32,000 nucleotides of DNA. Origin: Vibrio vulnificus CMCP6. GTDB taxonomy: Bacteria; Pseudomonadota; Gammaproteobacteria; Enterobacterales; Vibrionaceae. The notes beneath the pieces were generated by a model. It saw only the letters and a program-made list of their open reading frames with translations. It searched no databases and was not told the origin of the DNA. How positions within the stretch are numbered: the stretch's first letter is position 1; the number at the start of each line of letters is the position of its first letter. This document shows, piece after piece, positions 26,408 to 32,000 of the stretch. Location: assembly GCF_000039765.1 (NCBI RefSeq), contig NC_004459.3, positions 1,110,001 to 1,142,000 on the forward strand. The letters run 5' to 3'. A program made the position numbers and the translations under genes.

Positions 26408-27238
26408 TTATAGCAGATGCTTTTGCAGATAGTGCGCCACGGCATCGTCGGCATTGCTGCCAATGATTTCGTTGTCTGGCAGGGCTTTCTTCACTTTTTC
26501 GTGAGAGGTTTCCATCACCAACCCTTTGCCCGCCATCGACAACATTTCCACGTCGTTCATACCATCGCCAAAGGCCACACAGTTTTCCAGTGTCAGGCCC
26601 AGTGATTCTGCGACCGCTTTCAGCGCGTCCCCTTTTGACACTTCCGCAGCCATCACTTCCAAACACCAAGGCGTTGAGAAGGCAATATTGAGTTTATCGC
26701 CAAAGGCTTCACGCAACTGGTTTTCAAAGCCAACCAGATGCTCGTGATCTTGCTCTGGATGGGTGAAGAAGATTTTTGCAATGCCGTCAGTCGGTGCGTT
26801 GTCGATATCGTAAACCTTATAGGTAAAGCCCGTCTCTTCATGGAACTTGCGCATCACTTCGTCTTCACGGTTGAGGCGCCAGTCTTCGTTTTGGTAAAGA
26901 TGAACGAAGATCTCAGGGTCTTGTTTGACAATATCAATCACCGGCTGCACAAGCTCGGCCGGAACATTTTTGCTGTACATCAGTTGGTCATGCTGGTCAT
27001 GAACACGAGCACCGTTTGAGGTGATCATGTAGGCAGGAATGCCCACTTGAGCGCGAATGCCGGCCACATCGATATGGTGACGGCCAGTGGCGAAAATAAA
27101 GGTATAACCTTGCTCATGCAGTGCTTTGAGCGTCTGCTTGGAGAATTCGCTGAGTTGGTGATTCGGTGCCAGCAGCGTGCCATCCAGATCGGAAGCAACG
27201 ATTTTGGTGATCTCTTTATTTGGCAAGCTCGCAGTCAT
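26408..27238 (-). CDS. yigL: Cof-type HAD-IIB sugar/pyridoxal phosphate phosphatase YigL
   Basis: 276 aa. IVASDLDGTLLAPNHQLSEFSKQTLK..FIFATGRHHIDV..YMITSNGARVHD..CVAFGDGMNDVEMLSMAGKG..IGSNADDAVAHYL is colinear with E. coli YigL. Lies downstream of pldB, as in E. coli. Confidence 0.85.
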   Translation of the reverse strand: MTASLPNKEITKIVASDLDGTLLAPNHQLSEFSKQTLKALHEQGYTFIFATGRHHIDVAGIRAQVGIPAYMITSNGARVHDQHDQLMYSKNVPAELVQPVIDIVKQDPEIFVHLYQNEDWRLNREDEVMRKFHEETGFTYKVYDIDNAPTDGIAKIFFTHPEQDHEHLVGFENQLREAFGDKLNIAFSTPWCLEVMAAEVSKGDALKAVAESLGLTLENCVAFGDGMNDVEMLSMAGKGLVMETSHEKVKKALPDNEIIGSNADDAVAHYLQKHLL

Positions 27239-27418
27239 ACGGCCCTCTTATGTCAGTCGGATGTGTTCAGGAAACAGGAAACGTTATCGACACAGGCCAT
27301 TGCCTGAGTCGGTAGAAAGTGACACAACGTCTATCCAGCTTGGATGCCTGTCTAGACGCTGTTCACTAGGGGGATGCTGGCTAGTGTATGTGAAAAGCGG
27401 AGAGAAAAAGAGGGTAAA

Positions 27419-28417
27419 TTAAGCTTGGTTGCTTTCCTCTTTCTGCAAAAAGCGGAACATCGCGCTGAGTGCTTGATTACGGTAGTGGTCTTTCTCAAAC
27501 AACAATTCATGTTGCGCGCCTTCAATCGTCACCATTTCGCTGCGCTTGTTGGTTTTGTGCAGCTTTTTGAAAAACTGCGACTGTGCTTGATTGCTGACGA
27601 TGCGATCGCCCCCCGCCTGCAACAGCAACACCGGAATGGTGAGCTGGCGCGTCAGCAAAATGCACTGTTTGGCGGCCATTAAGCCTTGCCACACCCAACG
27701 GGTGCTCGGGCCACCCACTTGCAGCTCGGGCTTGTCGCGATACAACTGTCTAAACCATTGATAACGCGCTTGGCTCTGGCTAAGCGGGTTATCTTCAAAG
27801 GGCTTCTCATAATAACTTTTGTGTCCCGGCGCATAAGTAGGCGTTGGGTACACGGCGGTGAGAATTTGGCTGACCGCCATGGCCACTGGACTCAAATACC
27901 AAGGGAGATCGATACCAAACATCGGCGCACTGAGCACCAACTTATCAAAACCATGTTGTGGGTGGGTTTGTAAGTAGCGCGTGGCGACGGCACCGCCCAT
28001 CGAATGAGAAACAATGTGTCGCTGCTGATAAGGAGAGAAATCAAAGTGCGCAATCACGGCTTCCATGTCGAGAATGTAATCATCAAACTCGTAGACGTGA
28101 CCAATATCAGAGTCTTTGACCAGGCGATCTGATAAACCTTGGCCTCGATGATCGTAGCTGTAGACGTCATAGCCTTGACGGTAGAGATCAAACAGAAGTT
28201 CTTGGTACTTCCAAGCAGATTCGATTCTGCCATTCACTACCAGCACCGCCTTTTTGTGTTGCGGGTTGGTCAGCTTACACCAATACAACTGCATCTTATC
28301 GCGCGTTTTTAGGAAACCCTCTTGTCGCTGCTGCCATAGGGCAGCGATCGGACCACCTATTGCTTGCTCAAATAAAGCCTCTTGCGTATAAGAGAGAGGT
28401 GAGCTGTTATTAACCAT
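27419..28417 (-). CDS. pldB: Lysophospholipase L2
   Basis: 332 aa alpha/beta hydrolase with VVNGRIES..YDHRGQGLSDR and nucleophile elbow SHSMGG. Divergent from rhtB and upstream of yigL, as in E. coli. Confidence 0.85.
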   Translation of the reverse strand: MVNNSSPLSYTQEALFEQAIGGPIAALWQQRQEGFLKTRDKMQLYWCKLTNPQHKKAVLVVNGRIESAWKYQELLFDLYRQGYDVYSYDHRGQGLSDRLVKDSDIGHVYEFDDYILDMEAVIAHFDFSPYQQRHIVSHSMGGAVATRYLQTHPQHGFDKLVLSAPMFGIDLPWYLSPVAMAVSQILTAVYPTPTYAPGHKSYYEKPFEDNPLSQSQARYQWFRQLYRDKPELQVGGPSTRWVWQGLMAAKQCILLTRQLTIPVLLLQAGGDRIVSNQAQSQFFKKLHKTNKRSEMVTIEGAQHELLFEKDHYRNQALSAMFRFLQKEESNQA

Positions 28418-28428
28418 TAAATAAATAC

Positions 28429-28459
28429 CTGATCATGCGTTTCTGTAGTCAATGATCAG
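28429..28459. promoter_or_regulatory. Perfect 8-bp inverted repeat in the pldB/rhtB divergent promoter (candidate operator)
   Basis: CTGATCAT (28429..28436), 15 nt, ATGATCAG (28452..28459), inside a 57-bp intergenic region. Each arm contains a GATC. Confidence 0.3.
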
Positions 28460-28474
28460 AGAATTATCGGGGAA

Positions 28475-29098
28475 ATGCAAATGGATACCCATGTTTGGTT
28501 GGCGTATGTTGTGACCGCAATCGTTTTCAGTTTGGCACCGGGCTCTGGCACGGTGAACTCAATCAGCAATGGCCTCAGTTATGGCACGCGAAAATCGCTG
28601 GCTTCCATTGTGGGGCTGCAAATTGGTTTGGCGGTCCATATTGTCCTGGTTGGGGCGGGCATTGGCGCTTTGGTGGCACAATCGGCGACGGCATTCACGG
28701 TGATTAAGTGGGTGGGTGCAGTGTATTTGGTTTGGCTGGGCATTCAAAAATGGCGTGATACGTCAAGCCTCGCGACGGCCTCGCAACAACATGCCATTTC
28801 CAGTACTGCGCTATTGCGCAAAGCGGTGCTGATCAATCTGACCAATCCGAAATCAATCGTCTTTCTAGTGGCGCTGTTTCCGCAATTTATCGATCCAAGC
28901 CAAGATCAAGTGACCCAGTTAGCGGTGTTAGGCATCACGACCGTGGTGATTGATGCGTTTGTCATGCTCGGCTACACCACCTTGGCATCTCAACTGGGGC
29001 GTTTTATCCGTTCAGAGAAAGTGATGGGCAAAATAAACAAAGTATTTGGTTCAATGTTTATGGGTTGTGGGGCATTATTAGCAGCTGCAAAATCATAA
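28475..29098 (+). CDS. rhtB: LysE/RhtB-family homoserine/homoserine-lactone efflux protein
   Basis: 207 aa. ..WLAYVVTAIVFSLAPGSGTVNSISNGLSYG..SIVGLQIGLAVHIVLVGAGIG..IKWVGAVYLVWLGIQKWR parallels E. coli RhtB. Start at 28475 or ATG 28481. Confidence 0.85.
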   Translation: MQMDTHVWLAYVVTAIVFSLAPGSGTVNSISNGLSYGTRKSLASIVGLQIGLAVHIVLVGAGIGALVAQSATAFTVIKWVGAVYLVWLGIQKWRDTSSLATASQQHAISSTALLRKAVLINLTNPKSIVFLVALFPQFIDPSQDQVTQLAVLGITTVVIDAFVMLGYTTLASQLGRFIRSEKVMGKINKVFGSMFMGCGALLAAAKS

Positions 29099-29151
29099 CT
29101 AGCAGTGATAAATTCACTGGTTAGTCACTGAGCATAAGAATAAAGCACTAA

Positions 29152-30375
29152 ATGAATACCACATACGTCGCACGGCAGCCGATCTTTAATCGGAAGAAAC
29201 ATACCTTAGGTTATGAACTTTTGTTTCGTGACGGAGAGAGCAATGCCTATCCGGTACACATCGAATCAAACCGCGCGACCTATCGCCTGATAGTGGAAAA
29301 CTTTCTGTCCGTAGGCACCAATCCGGCCATCGCTTCTTCACGCTGTTTTATCAACTTTCCGTATCAAACCTTGATTCGCCGTTTGCCACTCAGTCTGCCG
29401 AAAAACAAAGTCGTGATTGAGGTGCTGGAAACGTGTCAGCCAACGGATGAGCTGCTTGACGCCATTCGAGATTTGTATCGTGAAGGCTATGTGATCGCGC
29501 TGGATGACTTCACCTTAACCCCGGAGTGGCGACGTTTTTTGCCGTATGTGCACATCGTGAAATTGGATGTGATGGATTTGGGGATGGAGAAGGCGTGTGA
29601 GTTGGTCAAAGAACACTTGGCACGGCGCGTGAAATACCATTTCTTGGCAGAAAAAGTGGAAACGGCAGAAGAGTTTGAACTGGCGAAAGAGGCAGGATTT
29701 AAATTCTTTCAAGGCTACTTTTTTAGTAAGCCAGAGGTAGTGCAAACACGTTATGTCAGCCCTGAGCAGACCGTGGCGTTGGAGTTGTTTCGTGAAGTGT
29801 GCAAGAGCGAGCCAGATTTTGACCGCATTGAGCAGATCATTTCGCAAGATGTGGCGTTGTCTTACAAGCTGTTGCGTTTCGTCAATACTCAGTCGACTCG
29901 TCTTGAAGTCACCATCAGTTCGTTTCGCCAAGCACTGATTTACCTTGGGCAAGACAAGCTGAAAATGTTCGTCTCTCTGGTGGTGGCGTCTTATGTCTCA
30001 ACCAACAAGCCGCGTGAGTTGTATAACCTCTCGCTGCAACGCGCGCAATTTTGTGAGTTGATGTCTCGTCGTCACCCTTTCAGTAAGCACAACGAACAAG
30101 GCTTTATGATCGGTTTGCTGTCGATTCTCGATGCGATGATGGATCTGTCGGTGGAGTCTTTGGTTAACCACCTGCCATTGAGCGAAATTGCGAAACAGGC
30201 ATTACTGTGTCGTGGCGGTGCTTATGGGGCATTGATTGCACTCGAGGAGTGTTTCGAACAGGCAGACTGGCGTGGCATTGAGCAGTGGTGTGAACAACTG
30301 GGTTTGTCGATAGAAGAGGTGCGTTACGAATTGGTCGAAGCGCAGCGTTGGTCGCAGGAGTTTGCTCTGATCTAA
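29152..30375 (+). CDS. cdgJ: EAL-HDOD two-domain c-di-GMP phosphodiesterase (CdgJ-like)
   Basis: 407 aa. The N-terminal EAL domain has VARQPIFNRKKHTLGYELLFRD, EVLE, ALDDFTL, KLD, LAEKVET and QGYFFSKP. The C-terminal HDOD-like region has ISQDVALSYKLLRFVNT... Symbol assigned from remembered V. cholerae synteny: it is the seventh gene after the cdpA-like gene. Confidence 0.75.
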   Translation: MNTTYVARQPIFNRKKHTLGYELLFRDGESNAYPVHIESNRATYRLIVENFLSVGTNPAIASSRCFINFPYQTLIRRLPLSLPKNKVVIEVLETCQPTDELLDAIRDLYREGYVIALDDFTLTPEWRRFLPYVHIVKLDVMDLGMEKACELVKEHLARRVKYHFLAEKVETAEEFELAKEAGFKFFQGYFFSKPEVVQTRYVSPEQTVALELFREVCKSEPDFDRIEQIISQDVALSYKLLRFVNTQSTRLEVTISSFRQALIYLGQDKLKMFVSLVVASYVSTNKPRELYNLSLQRAQFCELMSRRHPFSKHNEQGFMIGLLSILDAMMDLSVESLVNHLPLSEIAKQALLCRGGAYGALIALEECFEQADWRGIEQWCEQLGLSIEEVRYELVEAQRWSQEFALI

Positions 30376-30412
30376 ACTGACACCACGCAATATGAATTTT
30401 TGATGACAACTG

Positions 30413-30446
30413 AGCCGACGCGTTGACGTCGGCTTTGTTTTTTCTC
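30413..30446 (+). terminator. Rho-independent terminator of the EAL-HDOD gene
   Basis: AGCCGACG / CGTCGGCT stem with a 6-nt loop, followed by TTGTTTTTTCT. Confidence 0.8.
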
Positions 30447-30447
30447 A

Positions 30448-30470
30448 ATATATACGCATATCCACATATA
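30448..30470 (+). promoter_or_regulatory. AT-rich periodic element upstream of the arsR-family gene (candidate -10 region/operator)
   Basis: ATAT-ACGC-ATAT-CCAC-ATAT: three self-complementary ATAT tetrads at 8-bp spacing, ending 12 bp before ATG 30482. Confidence 0.25.
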
Positions 30471-30481
30471 GGAATGTAAGC

Positions 30482-30817
30482 ATGCTACCACACCAGTTTT
30501 TTAAACTGCTTTCTGATGAAACTCGCGTTCGTTGCCTGATGCTGGTGGCTCGTGAAGGCAAGATTTGTGTTGGAGAGCTCACCTATGCCCTGCAAGAAAG
30601 CCAGCCGAAAGTCTCTCGTCATTTGGCACAGCTGCGAGCCAGCGGGCTGCTGGTGGATGAAAGACAGGGTCAATGGGTCTTTTATCGCCTCTCCGAACAG
30701 TTGCCTGGTTGGATGAAAAAAATGGTCGATGATCTGATTGCTTCCAACTGTTTAAAGCAAGTTTATCAACAAGATATTGCGCGCCTGCATCAACAAGATC
30801 GTGTGGCGTGCTGTTAA
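30482..30817 (+). CDS. arsR: ArsR/SmtB-family metalloregulator
   Basis: 111 aa. FKLLSDETRVRCLMLV..ICVGELTYALQESQPKVSRHLAQLRASGLLVDERQGQWVFYRL is colinear with E. coli ArsR (FKILADETRLGIVLLL..LCVCDLCTALDQSQPKISRHLALLRESGLLLDRKQGKWVHYRL). Ends in ..DRVACC. Confidence 0.85.
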   Translation: MLPHQFFKLLSDETRVRCLMLVAREGKICVGELTYALQESQPKVSRHLAQLRASGLLVDERQGQWVFYRLSEQLPGWMKKMVDDLIASNCLKQVYQQDIARLHQQDRVACC

Positions 30818-30846
30818 ATTGAAATTGAATCATTAGGGAATAGACC

Positions 30847-31848
30847 ATGACTATCAAAGTGGGAATTAACGGATTTGGCCGTATTGGCCGCTTGGCAATG
30901 CGCGCGGCCTTTGATTGGCCAGAATTGGAGTTTGTTTTAATTAATGATGTGGCGGGGGATTCTACCACATTGGGCCATTTGTTGGAGTTCGATTCAGTGC
31001 AGGGGCGCTGGCACCACGAGGTGACGGTGCAAGGTCAGCAATTGCACATCAATGGCCACGTGATTGAAACCACTCAACAGCGTGACATCAGTGCGGTGGA
31101 TTGGTCGGGCTGTGATGTGGTGATTGAAGCGACAGGCGTACATCGCAAAAGCCGCTTCCTTAATCAATACCTCGAGCAAGGCGTGCAACGTGTGGTGGTC
31201 AGCGCTCCAGTGAAAGAAGAGGGCATTGCCAATATTGTGGTGGGTGTGAATGACGAGATCTTCAACCCAGAGCAGCACCGCATTGTGACTGCAGCCTCGT
31301 GCACCACCAACTGCATTGCGCCAGTGGTGAAAGTGATTCACGAGAAACTCGGTATCGAACAAGCATCATTTACCACTATCCACGATCTCACCAACACGCA
31401 AACCATTCTTGATGCGCCACACAAAGATTTGCGTCGTGCCCGTGCCTGCGGCATGAGCTTGATCCCGACGACCACAGGCAGTGCCACGGCGATTGTGGAA
31501 ATTTTCCCAGAATTGAAAGATCGCATTAACGGTCACGCGGTGCGCGTGCCTCTAGCGAATGCCTCACTGACCGATATTATTTTTGATGTGAAGCGTGACA
31601 CCACTGCTGAAGAGGTCAACGCGTTACTCAAAGAAGCCTCGCAAGGGGAGTTAAACGGCATTCTCGGCTTTGAAGAGCGCCCATTGGTGTCGATTGATTA
31701 TCGTGGCGACCAACGCTCAACCATCGTCGATGCCCTCTCTACCATGGTGGTGGGTACACGCATGGTGAAGATTTACGCTTGGTATGACAACGAAATGGGC
31801 TACGCGACCCGTACCGCAGAGCTTGTGCGTAAAGTAGGAGCGGCATAA
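30847..31848 (+). CDS. Type I glyceraldehyde-3-phosphate dehydrogenase paralogue (ars-cluster-associated type)
   Basis: 333 aa. [15 protein letters not shown] fold, catalytic SCTTNC, and WYDNEMGY. Lies 29 bp after the arsR-family gene, and its stop overlaps the next start (ATAATG). Confidence 0.9.
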   Translation: MTIKVGINGFGRIGRLAMRAAFDWPELEFVLINDVAGDSTTLGHLLEFDSVQGRWHHEVTVQGQQLHINGHVIETTQQRDISAVDWSGCDVVIEATGVHRKSRFLNQYLEQGVQRVVVSAPVKEEGIANIVVGVNDEIFNPEQHRIVTAASCTTNCIAPVVKVIHEKLGIEQASFTTIHDLTNTQTILDAPHKDLRRARACGMSLIPTTTGSATAIVEIFPELKDRINGHAVRVPLANASLTDIIFDVKRDTTAEEVNALLKEASQGELNGILGFEERPLVSIDYRGDQRSTIVDALSTMVVGTRMVKIYAWYDNEMGYATRTAELVRKVGAA

Positions 31849-32000
31849 TGGCAACGTCAATCACCAACCACCCTGTTTGGCAATTGGACCTACCGTCTGG
31901 CGCATTGGTCTTAACACCTTGCCCTGGTACCAAAGGGGTCGATTTACGTTCGTCATTGCAACAGTTGGCGGACAGCGGTGTACAAGCCGTTGTGACGGCG
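31848..32000 (+). CDS. Soluble protein, first 51 codons only. The N-terminus resembles bacterial dual-specificity/CDKN3-like protein phosphatase family members.
   Basis: ATG 31848 overlaps the gapdh [54 protein letters not shown] runs in frame to the window end. It is not hydrophobic. The family call rests on a remembered ..L.L.PCPG.. N-terminal pattern only; the CX5R signature would lie beyond the window. Confidence 0.45.
   Translation, partial: MATSITNHPVWQLDLPSGALVLTPCPGTKGVDLRSSLQQLADSGVQAVVTA

Noticed and set aside
27239-27418. 180-bp gap between pldB and yigL, considered as a possible sRNA or small ORF locus
   Set aside because: There is only a 5-bp hairpin (ATCCA/TGGAT), with no terminator-like structure and no ORF with an RBS. 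The gap most likely holds an internal yigL promoter or an untranslated spacer. I cannot judge further without expression data.
29103-29119. 6-bp hairpin CAGTGA/TCACTG after rhtB, considered as a terminator
   Set aside because: The stem is short and no T-run follows. It lies only about 30 bp before the next start codon. Evidence is insufficient.
1-32000. Search for CRISPR arrays, tandem or interspersed repeats, transposases, phage integrases, tRNA/rRNA genes, and toxin-antitoxin or defence-type gene pairs
   Set aside because: No repeat-spacer periodicity is visible, and there are no IS-like terminal inverted repeats or transposase-like ORFs. The only recombinase is the housekeeping xerC, in its conserved dapF-yigA-xerC-yigB context. 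I recognised no tRNA-like or rRNA-like sequence. By-eye inspection cannot exclude short or degenerate repeats.

Overview
This window reads as conserved core chromosome of a Vibrio. Gene content and order best fit my recollection of V. cholerae chromosome I around cyaA, but I cannot verify that without a search. I support about 37 protein-coding genes and several intrinsic terminators. I found no rRNA or tRNA genes, no CRISPR array, no transposase or phage genes, and no island boundaries. The only recombinase is the housekeeping xerC.

Gene order, left to right:
- asnC-like regulator (5' end only)
- periplasmic-sensor PAS-GGDEF-EAL protein
- rsmJ
- small Cys-motif/Lys-rich protein
- EamA transporter
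- uspA, ftnA, uspB
- yhiN-like flavoprotein
- hemYXDC (minus strand), divergent from cyaA
- cyaY
- lptM-lysA-dapF-yigA(DUF484)-xerC-yigB
- FIST/degenerate-GGDEF/EAL protein (CdpA-like)
- DTW protein translationally coupled to a 516-aa lipoprotein
- EVE-domain protein
- yigL-pldB, divergent from rhtB
- EAL-HDOD protein (CdgJ-like)
- arsR-family regulator, dedicated GAPDH paralogue and a phosphatase-like ORF cut by the window end

Several blocks are syntenic with E. coli. The lineage-specific genes sit in the gaps between those blocks.

I do not see a clear, self-contained novel system such as a defence island or toxin-antitoxin module. The best candidates for follow-up are:
1. The arsR-gapdh-phosphatase-like cluster at the right edge.
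2. The DTW/lipoprotein/EVE block.
3. The uncharacterised Cys4 + poly-Lys coiled-coil protein after rsmJ.

All functional calls come from reading the translated ORFs and recognising motifs. No database search was run.
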